Of a stretch of DNA of 64,000 nt, positions 54,242 through 64,000 are shown one piece after another. This DNA comes from an uncultured virus (IMG/VR IMGVR_UViG_3300037418_002259) (taxonomy: Duplodnaviria > Heunggongvirae > Uroviricota > Caudoviricetes), in IMG/VR virus record IMGVR_UViG_3300037418_002259; one strand, written 5' to 3'. The notes beneath the pieces were generated by a model. The model saw nothing but the letters and a program-made list of their open reading frames with translations, was not told the origin of the DNA and ran no database searches. Position numbers and translations under genes: made by a program. How positions within the stretch are numbered: the first letter of the stretch is position 1; each line of letters begins with the position of its first letter.

Positions 54242-57200
54242 GTGAGCATTGTCGACCCGACCCGTTCGTTCACCCGCAACGGCCTTCAGGTCAACGTCGT
54301 GGTCGACCAGGAGCGGAAAGCGCCCACGGTCAAGTGGGAAGAGAACGAGCACCCGCGTGACCGCGAGGGCAAGTTCATCGAGACGTTCGCCCGCGTCCGC
54401 GTGTGGGGTGGGAAGCTCGCGACGGTGCTGCGCAACGTCGGCGGCGGCCGGATCGAGATCGAGTACGACGACAAGACGCACGCGACGATCCACCGCAACT
54501 ACCTGACCGTGGTGAAGCGCCCGGACGGCACCGCGCCGACCTCGAAGCGCGGCGCGGACATTCGCGCGCTCCCCCAGAAGCAGCCCGGCCCCGACGCGGT
54601 CGCGATCCCGCATCCCACCACGGCCCCTGACGCTGACATGGGCGATGTGCATGAAGGGCTTGACCACTTCCTGCGCAAACTGGACCCCGACCTCGCCGGC
54701 CGTGTCGAGTCCGCCTCCAACGACTACCAGGCCGCGCTCGGGAACGGGATCCCCGATGACGAGGCTGACGAGCGTGCCCGGCTGATCGAAGCCCTGGACG
54801 AGGTCGACCAGAAGCACGGCACCGACCGCCGCGTCGCCATGATGTCCAGCGCGCTCCGCACGGAGGCCCTGAAGGAACCGGACGGCCAGCCGGCCGACGT
54901 CGACACGATCGCGCGTCAGCAGGCCAACGACGAGCCCGTCACCGTACGCCCCGCAGGCACGCCCGACCCCGGCGTGCCGATCCCCCCGCCGCCTGCCGCC
55001 GAGAAGCCCGAGACGGAGTCCATTGCGGCGCGTCAGGTCAACAAGGGCGACGTACTCCACACCCGGCTTGGTCGTGTCACCGTGGTCGAGCAGCCGAAGC
55101 GGCAGCCGAACCAGGAGTACGTGCTCGTCGTCGACCGTGGCAACGGCAAGCGGACCGAGCGGTTGACGCTGGGGAGCCGCGATCGGGTGGACCGCGAGGT
55201 CGCGCCTGCCGCAGATCAGACGCCGTCCCCTGAGTCGCCGGCTACCCCTACCCCTCCGGCGGGTGTCCCGGGCTCACCGAACGCTCAGCGGATCACGCCC
55301 GACGCTCCCCTCACCGACACCCCGGCAGCGCCGGACGCAAACAAGCCGGCCGAGCCTGACGCGCCTCGCACGCGCAAGTACCGCACGACCAAGCTGGGAG
55401 CACGCGAGGCCGCGTACGCTGCGGAGGTCCAGGACACCGACGGCTACCAGTCCGGGCTCACGGTCAACGGTCAGATCGTCACCGTCACCGACCCGGAATC
55501 GGCGCTGTGGTCCCTCGTCGGGATCCGCGACATTCACAGCGACAACCTGTCCGAATCGGCCCGCGACTACCTCGACGCAGCGGAGCGTCGGAACGCTCGC
55601 GCAAGCGCGACCGCGCTCACGAACCTGATGAACGCGATCCGCCGTGACTACGGCATCGAGGGCGACGGCAAGCCGTCTCCGAGGATCGACGACGGCGACA
55701 CGTCCACCCCCGATGCGCCGAACGCCCCTGACGTGCCAGCCGCGCCCGAGGCCGCCAAGCCGGACGCCCCGCAGCCCCCGGTGAAGCCGGAGCGCCGCCA
55801 GCTCGACGGGTTCAGCGCGGCCGAGTCTGCGCGGATCCACAATGCGGTCGAGGACCACGCCACCCTGTACGCCGGCAGGCCCGGAGCCAACGCTAACCGC
55901 GACGACGTCGCCCGGTACGTGTCCGAAGGCCACCTGAACGACCTGGTCGCCGACCACGGGCTGCCCAAGGTGTGGCGCGCGGCGCGGTCGGTCATCGACG
56001 ACGACCCGTCGGTCATGGCCATGTCGCGGGAAGACCTCGACCGGGTCAAGGGCGAGCGCGAGACGAAGCTGGACGAACTCAACCGCGCTGCTGGTGCTGC
56101 TGCGCAGGCCGGCAACTGGGACGAGGCGTTGCGTGGCCTCGACGAGATGGAAACCATCGACCCGATGTACCGGCCGGGCGGTCTCGCGATCGACGATCTC
56201 CGTGGCCGTCTGACCCGGATGCGCGACGCCGAGCCGCAGCACCAGGACGCGCCCGACAACGCACCTGGTAACGCGCCTGACGTCACCCCTGACACGGCGC
56301 CCGACGCCGCAGCCCCGGAGGTTCCTGGCGGCGCTGGACCGGTCGCCGTCGAAGACCTCAAGGTCGGCGACGTGATCGACTTCGGTGGAACCCACTACAC
56401 GGTGACCACCAGCCAGCCCGACCAGCGGGACCCCCGCGACTGGCACTTCGCGGCGTCCGACGAAAACGGACGCCAGATCACCCGGCGCGTCCCGCGGGGG
56501 CAGACCTGGCAGCGGGTCTCCAGCAGCGAAGCACCTGACCAGCAGAACGGCACCGAGGCTCCGAACGCCGCCGCCCCGGCCGAACCGGCGACCCCAGACG
56601 TGCCCCCGCAGGCAGCCTCCCAGCCCAACGATTCCGCGCCCAGGTTCCCGGACGTCGAAGCTGTCCGGGAACGGCTGCGTAGCCGGGACGCGATCCCGCA
56701 GAGCATCCGCGACACCCCGGACCGCGCTAACGCGGTCTACGAGAACAACGTGAGGATCGCGGACGACCCCGGGCTGACGCTGTCGGCGCAGGGCCGCTTG
56801 ATCGTTCACCGCAACGCCACGCAGAACGGCGACAAGGAATGGCGGATCGCCGCGCCAGGGTCCGCGATGTGGCTTGGTCCTGCAGTCGGAACGGCCAAGA
56901 CGAAGGACGAAGCGCTCCAACTGGCGAACCTGTACGAGGCGCACGTCGATAAGGACGGCAAGCCGTTCCCGTTCGACCAGGACGACGCTCAGCAGCAGGT
57001 CCGTACCTGGAAGGCAGACAACGGCAGCAAGATCGGGCCACTCCTCCAGGCCGACCGGAACCGTGTGCCGAAGGGTACCCGAGCAAAGCGGGGCGACTGG
57101 AGCGACCCGTGGTGGCGCGGCGAGACACCGCAGAGCAACGCGCCCGAGGCCACGAACGTACCCACCCCGCCCCCGACACCGGACACCGCTGCGCCGAACG

Positions 57201-60200
57201 CCCCCGAGACTGGACGCTTGACATACCGGCTCGGGAACCGCGATCGGGAGTACCCGGAGCCGCCCCGCGACCGCGAGGTCCAGGAACTCGGCGACGGCGC
57301 TGGTATCGCCGTGCGCGGAATCGGATCCGGTTGGGACGTCTACCAGCCGATCGACGAGAGCGACGTCGAGGGCGGTCTCGGCCCGCGCGGCGAGATGGTC
57401 TACCAGCACAACGGCCGGCTGTACGTCGACCGAGGCGACCAGGCTTCCAGCCTTTCCCAGGCACAGAGCCGATTCGGTCGCGGTGAAGCGAACACGCCCG
57501 AAGCGACAGCTCCGGCGGCCGACACGGTCCCCGACAACACGCCGCCTGGACCGGATCCCCGGACCGATCAGGAGTGGGAGGAGATCGGGCGGCAGGCGCA
57601 CCGCGATGGTGGTCTGGCGTCCCCCGCAGCCAACGGGCAGGTCCAGGAGGCTCTCGCTGACCGCCGCGTCGGTGATCCCGAGAACGTCCGGATCATGAGC
57701 GCCTTCAGCCGTGGCTGGGACGCGGACAACGACCCTGCGAACATCAACCTGCCGGACAGCCCGAACGACACGGCAACGCCGGACAACGCCGTCACCGTCG
57801 ACAGCCTGGACGACTCCCGCGGCGGTATCGGCCGGGACCGCAGCCAGTGGTACCGGATCGACTGGGACAACGACCGGGACAACGCGGAGGGCTTGTACGC
57901 CGACAACCCGGCCCGCAACCGGCCGATCCAGGTCAGGGCTACCCACGCCGCGAGCGACCTCAACTCCGAGGCCCCGCAGCCGGGCGACAGGCGGGTGCTG
58001 TTCACCAATGATCAGGGCGCGAGTGGCGACCTGGTCCTGCCCTCCGGCACCCGGCTCATCCCCGTCGACGCGCCAGACAACGCGCCCGAGGCCCCGAACG
58101 TGTCGACGCCGCCTCCGGCCCCGGACGCCGACGCGCCCGATGCGGATGTCGACGTCCCGGCCGTGCCGCCAGCGGATGCGGAGCCGTCTGCGCCTGCCGC
58201 GCCGCGCGCGCCTGGAGACGGTGGACGGTGGAACATCGCGCCGGTTGAGACGACCGGTGACGAGGAGACCGACAAGCGCGCGCTCGCAGCGAACCTGCGC
58301 GCGGCGGCGCGCTCGGCGACGTCCGCAGAAGACCGTGCTGCGCTGAACTGGGCCGCGCGTCAGCTCGACCCGCCGAAGCCGCGCCCGCGCCCGGCCACGG
58401 ATGGCAGCGCGCCGGCTCCGCGTCGGCGCGCGTCGTCGCCGCGCGCTCAGGCGCGCGCGCAGGCGGACAGCGACGTCGCTACCGCGCGCCGTACCCGGAA
58501 GCCTCCGGTGTCGGCGGAGGCGCGCATGGCCGCGCTCGCTGACCTCGCGGACGAGCTGGACCGTCTCGGTCTCGGGTCGGTCGCGGTCACCCCGTCGGAC
58601 GACGGCGGCGACGGGGGCCAGACTGGTGGCCGTAAGTCGCTGGTGACGGTGCTGCGGCAGTACGTCGCGGAGTACAAGCAGCGGCGCGCCGAGGTAGCGT
58701 CAGGCGGCGGCGCTGAAGGAGCCACTACCGAAGGAGGAGGAGATGGGTCGGATAGCGGCTCTGGCGGAGGAGCACTACAAGAAGTACCTGCCGCAGACGT
58801 ACCAGGGGTTGGAGGACCCGGAGGAGTTCTTCCGGAATCTGGAGACGGAGGCGCAGGACCAGATCGACGACCTGACGGATCGGTTCGCGGGGCCGGACCT
58901 GCCGGAGGAGACGTTCGAGGACCGGGCGGGGAGGCTGAACAACGCCCGGCAGCGAGCGGAGGAACTGGTGATGCGGGAGACCGTCCTGCTGGACCCGGCG
59001 ACGGTAGCGACCGAGGACCAGGAGAAGGAGACCGGGTACCCGCCGAGCCTCGATCCGCTGATGCCACCGGAGCCGGAGACACCGGAGGACCGGCAGTTGG
59101 CGCAGGCGATGAGCGACTGGCAGGACGCGACAGCGGAACTGGCGGAGACCAGGCCGCAGCCGACGAGCCCCCCGCCCGGTCAGACGACGCCGGAGAACCC
59201 GCCGACGGCGTAACCGAGGCCGACCAGCCCGCGCCCGAGCCGACCGCTGTCCCGGTCGCTGCTGGAGGCAACGACTTCCGGCCGTCCGGAGTTGAGGACT
59301 TCGCGCCGGCCGGGAAGATGGGCAAGCTGAACGCCAACCTCGCCGCGTTGCGCCTGCTGCGGCAGTTGCAGCGGGAGAAGCGGCCAACCGCTACGCCCGA
59401 CGAGCAGGCCGTACTGGCGAAGTGGGCCGGTTGGGGCGGACTCCCGGAGGTATTCGACCCGACCCGCGCCGACTACGCCGCGCAGCGCGAGGAGCTGCGC
59501 GGGCTCATGTCGGAGAAGGAATGGTACGAGGCGCGGCGGAACACGCTGAACGCGCACTACACCGACGCGCGCGTGGTGTCGTCGGTGTGGGACGCGGTCC
59601 GGCAGCTCGGCTTCGACGGCGGCCGAGTCCTCGAACCCGGCTCGGGCTCAGGCACGTTCATCGGGCTCGCGCCGGACAACGCCAACATGGTCGGAGTCGA
59701 GCTGGACTCGACCACCGCGGCGCTGTCGCAGTACCTCTACCCGAACGCGACGATCCGCAACGAGTCGTTCGCGCGGACGAACCTGCCTGACGGGTCGTTC
59801 GACATGACGATCGGCAACGTGCCGTTTGGGGACTTCCCGCTCACCGACCGTCGGCACAACCCTGACGGCGAGTCGATCCACAACCACTTCATCCTGAAGT
59901 CGATGGACCTCACCCGGCCGGGCGGCCTGGTGGCGGTTCTGACGTCCCGGTACACCCTGGACACCCAGAGTTCCCGCGCACGCCGGAAGATGGCGGAGAA
60001 GGCCGATCTCGTCGGCGCTGTGCGGCTTCCGACCGGATCACACCAGCGCGCCTCCGGCACGGACGTGATCGAGGACCTGCTGATCTTCCGTGTCCGCGGC
60101 GAGGGCGAAACCCCGCAGGCGGATCAGTCGTGGGTGACGTCGAGCAAGCGGGACGTCAACGGCTTCGAGATCTCGGTGAACAACTACTGGGCCGAGCACC

Positions 60201-63200
60201 CGGAGAACGTGCTCGGCGAGTTCACCGCGGACAAGGGCCAGTACGGCACCGGTGACCTGCGCGTCCGCGGCGACAAGGACATGACCGACCTGCCGGCAGT
60301 GCTGTCCGGGATCGTGGACTCTGCCCGCGAGGAAGGTCTCACCGCGACCGCGTCCACCGGTGACCGGCCGGACCTGGTCGAAGCAGACGAGTCGCGGCAC
60401 GACGGGCACATCCGCCAGGAAGAGGACGGGTCGTTCACCCAGGCAGTCAACGGTGCCTCCGTGCCGTTCGAAGCGCCGGCGTCGCAGCGTGAAGAACTCG
60501 CGTCCCTGATCGGGCTGCGCGACACGTTGGGTCGTCTGCTCGACGCGGAATCGGCGAACCAGAAGGACACCCCGGAGATCCTTAGCCTCCGGCAGCGGTT
60601 GAACACCCAGTACGACGAGTACGTGGCGAAGAACGGGCCGATCAACCGGTACAAGCTGGGCAAGACCGGCAACCGGATCCGGCCCGGGCAGGGCAACTTC
60701 CGCCGCGACCCGATGTCGGCTGTCGTCCGCGCGTTGGAGACGTACGACCCGTCCACGGGCACAGCCGAGAAGGCGAGCATCTTCACCAAGCGCGCGATCG
60801 CGCCGCGTGAGTTGCGCACCACCACGGACTCGCCGGCCGATGCGATCTCGCTGTCGATGGACGCGCACGGCGAGGTCAACCTCCCTGCCATCGCGGCCAT
60901 GCTCGGCACCGACGAGGCGACCGCGCGGGAACGGCTCGGCACTCTCGTGTTCGAGGAGCCGCCGACGACGGCGAACCTCGCCGACCTGGCGACGCGGGAC
61001 GTGCTCGGCATTGCCGGGATGGACCCGAGCCTCGCCGGTACGCCGAAGGTCGAGATCGACCACGACCGGATCGGTGAACTGCAGCGGTTGGAGCCTGCTG
61101 CGGCGTACCTGTCCGGGAACGTGCGGAAGAAGCTAGCCGTCGCGGAGGCTGCGGCGGCAGTGGATCCGCGGTTCCAGGCGAACGTGGACGCGCTGAAGGC
61201 CGTTATCCCGGAGGACCTGACGCCGCTGGAGATCGACGGTCGACTCGGCGCGGCGTGGATCCCGCCGGAGACGATCCAGCAGTTCCTGTCGGAACTGGTC
61301 GAGGACCGCCACGGCCAGGTCAAGGTCGTCAACCACGGCGGCTCGATCTGGACCGTCGAGGGCCCGAGCTACGGCAACCTCTCGACCGAGGTGTGGGGCA
61401 CTGAGAAGAGGTCCGCGGCGGAACTGGTGCAGTCGTTGCTGGAGCAGCGGTCGATCAAGGTCACCCGCAGCGTCATCGACATCGACGGCAACAAGAAGAA
61501 CATTCCGGATCCCGAGGCGACGTTGGCCGCGCAGGAGAAGGCCGAGGCGATCCAGGAACGCTTCAGTGAGTGGCTGTGGGAGGACGCCACCCGCGCGGAC
61601 GACCTGCAGAAGCGGTACAACGACCAGTTCAACGCGATCGTGCTCCGCAAGTACGACGGCTCCGGTCGCTCGTTCCAGGGCATGGCGGCGTCGTGGGTCA
61701 ACAGGCCGCGCGAGCACCAGCGCAACGCGGTCGAGCGGATCGTCAACGAACCGACCGCGCTGCTCGGTCACGTAGTCGGCGCAGGCAAGACCGCCGAGAT
61801 GGTCATGGGCACAGCCGAACTGAAGCGGCTCGGCATGGCGCGCAAGCCCGCGATCGTCGTACCGAACCACATGTTGGAACAGTTCACCCGCGAGTACCTG
61901 GAGATCTACCCGCAGGCGCGGATCCTCGCGGCCGGCACGGACGACCTGCAGGGCGACAAGCGGCGCGAGTTCGTCGGCCGGGCCGCCACGGGCGACTGGG
62001 ACGCCGTCATCCTGACGCAGGGCGCGTTCGAGAAGATCCCGCTGTCGCAGGAAGAGCAAGAGTCGTACATCGATCGCGAACTGGCGACGATGCGCGCCCA
62101 GTTCGCCCAGGCGGAGGCCGCCGCGGCGGCCGATGCCGGGCCGTACGGTGCCCCGTCGCAGGCGCACAAGAAGACCGTCAAGAAGATGGAGAACGCCCTC
62201 CTCCGCGCCGAGGAGGCGATGCGGAAGAAACTCGACAAGCAGAAGGACGTCGGGGTCTCGTGGGAGCAGACCGGCATCGACTACCTGATGGTCGACGAGG
62301 CGCACGGCTACTCCAACCTGCGGGTGCTGTCGAACATTCAGGGGGCCGGCAACGTCGGCTCCGACCGGGCGACCGACCTGCACATGAAGCTGGAGTACCT
62401 GCGGAAGACGTCGCGGTCCGGCCGGGTCGCGACGTTCGCGACCGGTACGCCGATCCGGAACACGGTCACGCAGGCATACGTGATGCAGCGGTTCCTGCGC
62501 CCGGACCTGCTCGAAGAGGCCGGGATCACCAGTTTCGACCAGTGGGCGGCGACGTTCGGCCAGGTTGTCGACGAGATGGAGCTGAAGCCGGAGGGCACCG
62601 GGTTCCGGCAGACGCAGCGGTTCGCGAAGTTCCGCAACGTGCCCGAGCTGCTGAAGCAGTTCCACACGTTCGCCGACATCAAGTTGGCCGAGGACCTCGA
62701 CCTGCCGACACCCAACCTCGAAGGCGGCAAGGCGCAAGCCGTCGTCGTACCGGGGTCGGACGCGCTGGCGGAGTACATCGCGGAACTCGGCGAGCGGGCC
62801 GAGGCCGTGCGCAGCGGCGCGGTCGAGCCCGAGGAAGACAACATGCTGAAGATCAGCGGCGACGGGCGCAAGGCCGCTCTGTCGATGCAGCTGGTCGGCG
62901 GCGACCACGAGCCCGGCAAGATCGAGGCCGCAGCGGACCGGATCGCGTCGATCTGGACCCAGAACAAAGACAGGGTCTACACCGACCCGGACACCGGCGA
63001 GGACGACCCGGTCAAGGGCGCGCTGCAGATCGTGTTCATGGACCTCGGCACCCCCGGCGGCGAAGACCGGTGGAACGGGTACGACGCGCTGAAGGGCGAA
63101 CTCGTCGCGCGCGGCATGGACCCGTCGAGCATCCGCTACATCCACGAGGCGAAGAACGACGCCCAGAAGGCAGAACTGTTCGCCATGGCCCGGTCGGGCC

Positions 63201-64000
63201 GGATCGCGGTGCTGCTCGGGTCGAGCGAGAAGATGGGTGTCGGCACGAACATCCAGAAGCGGGCGCTCGCGATGCACCACCTGGACGCGCCGTGGCGGCC
63301 GGCCGACGTCGACCAGCGCGACGGCCGGATCATGCGACAGGGCAACCTGAACCCTGACGTGCAGATCTTCCGGTACGTCACCGAGAAGTCGTTCGACACC
63401 TACATGTGGCAGACGCTGGAGCGCAAGGCGAAGTTCATCAACCAGATCATGAAGGGGTCGCTCGACGTCCGCGAGATCGAGGACATCGGCGACACCGCGA
63501 TGAACGCCCAGGAGATCAAGGCGCTGTCGTCGGGTAACCCGGACATCCTGGAGAAGGCGAAGACCGACACCCTGTTGGCGAAGCTGACTCGGTTGGAGCG
63601 CACCCACAACCAGACGCAGCGGAACCTGAAGACGAGCATTCAGACCTCGACCGCGAACGCGCAGACGTGGGAGTCGTTCGCCGCGCAGTACGACGCGGCG
63701 ATCCCGCAGCGGATCGACACCCGCGGCGACAAGTTCACGATGAACGTGAGCGGTTCCCGCTACAACAAGCGGCAGGACGCGGCCGACGCGCTACGGGCCC
63801 GGGTGTACTCGATCAGGAACCAGGACCGGTGGGGTGACGCACCGGCGCGAGACATCGGCACTGTCGGCGGGTTCACCGTCACCGGGCAGGTCGTGCACGC
63901 CCCGGGCGGCGCTCGCGACGTGATCATCCGTTTCGACGGCGTCCCCGGCGAGATCACGCGGCTGACGGCTGATGACCTCGACCAGTCCGGCTACGGCATC
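54242..64000 (+). CDS. Giant DarB-like protein (>3,200 aa, 3' end beyond the window): N-terminal multi-domain region, N6-adenine methyltransferase, SNF2-type helicase
   Basis: Frame appears open from GTG 54242 to the window end (the ORF track shows no terminated ORF in this frame; segments read by eye are stop-free); VLEPGSGSGTF (~59630), GNVPFG (~59813), HVVGAGKT (~61770), VDEAH (~62291), ATGTP, QRDGRIMRQGN (~63314). Confidence 0.88.
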   Translation, partial: MSIVDPTRSFTRNGLQVNVVVDQERKAPTVKWEENEHPRDREGKFIETFARVRVWGGKLATVLRNVGGGRIEIEYDDKTHATIHRNYLTVVKRPDGTAPTSKRGADIRALPQKQPGPDAVAIPHPTTAPDADMGDVHEGLDHFLRKLDPDLAGRVESASNDYQAALGNGIPDDEADERARLIEALDEVDQKHGTDRRVAMMSSALRTEALKEPDGQPADVDTIARQQANDEPVTVRPAGTPDPGVPIPPPPAAEKPETESIAARQVNKGDVLHTRLGRVTVVEQPKRQPNQEYVLVVDRGNGKRTERLTLGSRDRVDREVAPAADQTPSPESPATPTPPAGVPGSPNAQRITPDAPLTDTPAAPDANKPAEPDAPRTRKYRTTKLGAREAAYAAEVQDTDGYQSGLTVNGQIVTVTDPESALWSLVGIRDIHSDNLSESARDYLDAAERRNARASATALTNLMNAIRRDYGIEGDGKPSPRIDDGDTSTPDAPNAPDVPAAPEAAKPDAPQPPVKPERRQLDGFSAAESARIHNAVEDHATLYAGRPGANANRDDVARYVSEGHLNDLVADHGLPKVWRAARSVIDDDPSVMAMSREDLDRVKGERETKLDELNRAAGAAAQAGNWDEALRGLDEMETIDPMYRPGGLAIDDLRGRLTRMRDAEPQHQDAPDNAPGNAPDVTPDTAPDAAAPEVPGGAGPVAVEDLKVGDVIDFGGTHYTVTTSQPDQRDPRDWHFAASDENGRQITRRVPRGQTWQRVSSSEAPDQQNGTEAPNAAAPAEPATPDVPPQAASQPNDSAPRFPDVEAVRERLRSRDAIPQSIRDTPDRANAVYENNVRIADDPGLTLSAQGRLIVHRNATQNGDKEWRIAAPGSAMWLGPAVGTAKTKDEALQLANLYEAHVDKDGKPFPFDQDDAQQQVRTWKADNGSKIGPLLQADRNRVPKGTRAKRGDWSDPWWRGETPQSNAPEATNVPTPPPTPDTAAPNAPETGRLTYRLGNRDREYPEPPRDREVQELGDGAGIAVRGIGSGWDVYQPIDESDVEGGLGPRGEMVYQHNGRLYVDRGDQASSLSQAQSRFGRGEANTPEATAPAADTVPDNTPPGPDPRTDQEWEEIGRQAHRDGGLASPAANGQVQEALADRRVGDPENVRIMSAFSRGWDADNDPANINLPDSPNDTATPDNAVTVDSLDDSRGGIGRDRSQWYRIDWDNDRDNAEGLYADNPARNRPIQVRATHAASDLNSEAPQPGDRRVLFTNDQGASGDLVLPSGTRLIPVDAPDNAPEAPNVSTPPPAPDADAPDADVDVPAVPPADAEPSAPAAPRAPGDGGRWNIAPVETTGDEETDKRALAANLRAAARSATSAEDRAALNWAARQLDPPKPRPRPATDGSAPAPRRRASSPRAQARAQADSDVATARRTRKPPVSAEARMAALADLADELDRLGLGSVAVTPSDDGGDGGQTGGRKSLVTVLRQYVAEYKQRRAEVASGGGAEGATTEGGGDGSDSGSGGGALQEVPAADVPGVGGPGGVLPESGDGGAGPDRRPDGSVRGAGPAGGDVRGPGGEAEQRPAASGGTGDAGDRPAGPGDGSDRGPGEGDRVPAEPRSADATGAGDTGGPAVGAGDERLAGRDSGTGGDQAAADEPPARSDDAGEPADGVTEADQPAPEPTAVPVAAGGNDFRPSGVEDFAPAGKMGKLNANLAALRLLRQLQREKRPTATPDEQAVLAKWAGWGGLPEVFDPTRADYAAQREELRGLMSEKEWYEARRNTLNAHYTDARVVSSVWDAVRQLGFDGGRVLEPGSGSGTFIGLAPDNANMVGVELDSTTAALSQYLYPNATIRNESFARTNLPDGSFDMTIGNVPFGDFPLTDRRHNPDGESIHNHFILKSMDLTRPGGLVAVLTSRYTLDTQSSRARRKMAEKADLVGAVRLPTGSHQRASGTDVIEDLLIFRVRGEGETPQADQSWVTSSKRDVNGFEISVNNYWAEHPENVLGEFTADKGQYGTGDLRVRGDKDMTDLPAVLSGIVDSAREEGLTATASTGDRPDLVEADESRHDGHIRQEEDGSFTQAVNGASVPFEAPASQREELASLIGLRDTLGRLLDAESANQKDTPEILSLRQRLNTQYDEYVAKNGPINRYKLGKTGNRIRPGQGNFRRDPMSAVVRALETYDPSTGTAEKASIFTKRAIAPRELRTTTDSPADAISLSMDAHGEVNLPAIAAMLGTDEATARERLGTLVFEEPPTTANLADLATRDVLGIAGMDPSLAGTPKVEIDHDRIGELQRLEPAAAYLSGNVRKKLAVAEAAAAVDPRFQANVDALKAVIPEDLTPLEIDGRLGAAWIPPETIQQFLSELVEDRHGQVKVVNHGGSIWTVEGPSYGNLSTEVWGTEKRSAAELVQSLLEQRSIKVTRSVIDIDGNKKNIPDPEATLAAQEKAEAIQERFSEWLWEDATRADDLQKRYNDQFNAIVLRKYDGSGRSFQGMAASWVNRPREHQRNAVERIVNEPTALLGHVVGAGKTAEMVMGTAELKRLGMARKPAIVVPNHMLEQFTREYLEIYPQARILAAGTDDLQGDKRREFVGRAATGDWDAVILTQGAFEKIPLSQEEQESYIDRELATMRAQFAQAEAAAAADAGPYGAPSQAHKKTVKKMENALLRAEEAMRKKLDKQKDVGVSWEQTGIDYLMVDEAHGYSNLRVLSNIQGAGNVGSDRATDLHMKLEYLRKTSRSGRVATFATGTPIRNTVTQAYVMQRFLRPDLLEEAGITSFDQWAATFGQVVDEMELKPEGTGFRQTQRFAKFRNVPELLKQFHTFADIKLAEDLDLPTPNLEGGKAQAVVVPGSDALAEYIAELGERAEAVRSGAVEPEEDNMLKISGDGRKAALSMQLVGGDHEPGKIEAAADRIASIWTQNKDRVYTDPDTGEDDPVKGALQIVFMDLGTPGGEDRWNGYDALKGELVARGMDPSSIRYIHEAKNDAQKAELFAMARSGRIAVLLGSSEKMGVGTNIQKRALAMHHLDAPWRPADVDQRDGRIMRQGNLNPDVQIFRYVTEKSFDTYMWQTLERKAKFINQIMKGSLDVREIEDIGDTAMNAQEIKALSSGNPDILEKAKTDTLLAKLTRLERTHNQTQRNLKTSIQTSTANAQTWESFAAQYDAAIPQRIDTRGDKFTMNVSGSRYNKRQDAADALRARVYSIRNQDRWGDAPARDIGTVGGFTVTGQVVHAPGGARDVIIRFDGVPGEITRLTADDLDQSGYGI
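58743..59213 (+). CDS. TnpV-like 156-aa protein nested out of frame inside the giant ORF
   Basis: Strong RBS AAGGAGGAGG immediately upstream; RAGRLNNARQRAEELVMRE resembles the TnpV C-terminal motif; codon bias follows this frame. Confidence 0.75.
   Translation: MGRIAALAEEHYKKYLPQTYQGLEDPEEFFRNLETEAQDQIDDLTDRFAGPDLPEETFEDRAGRLNNARQRAEELVMRETVLLDPATVATEDQEKETGYPPSLDPLMPPEPETPEDRQLAQAMSDWQDATAELAETRPQPTSPPPGQTTPENPPTA

Noticed and set aside
55274..63607. Long minus-strand ORFs (890 aa, 824 aa and others such as 51775-54099 and 9274-10995)
   Set aside because: Antisense shadows of high-GC + strand genes; Arg/Gly/Val-rich nonsense translations with no RBS or motifs.

Overview
A 64 kb segment of a large, high-GC actinobacterial tailed phage or prophage (inferred from GC content, gene families and promoter style). 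Almost all genes are on the + strand. Positions 1-48.5 kb hold about 90 small, translationally coupled accessory genes. These include a YhhQ/VUT-type queuosine-precursor transporter next to a TGT/DpdA-like gene, a CHAP endolysin, a collagen-like membrane protein, SSB, HTH proteins, ASCH, DUF1643, a secreted DUF1524-type HNH nuclease, an HNH gene in front of a DUF5131 gene, and VRR-NUC. From 49 kb come the terminase large subunit, a portal-MuF fusion, and a DarB-like N6-methylase/SNF2-helicase ORF of more than 3,200 codons that runs off the window end. The most striking structure is regulatory and has three parts. (i) About 15 'class A' sigma70-like promoters carry a conserved spacer box, CTAAGSGKGTR. 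(ii) About 15 5'-leader hairpins have co-varying stems and a near-invariant 8-nt loop (mostly AAGAGCAG), followed by AGGAGACC. (iii) About 14 'class B' elements, CTCGACGCGACRCTAAC, sit exactly 13 nt upstream of a YAnnnT -10 hexamer, often in front of apparently leaderless genes and in front of the lysis, terminase, portal and DarB-like units. A TnpV-like 156-aa gene with its own strong RBS is fully nested, out of frame, inside the giant ORF. All family names come from motif recognition by eye, not from database searches.
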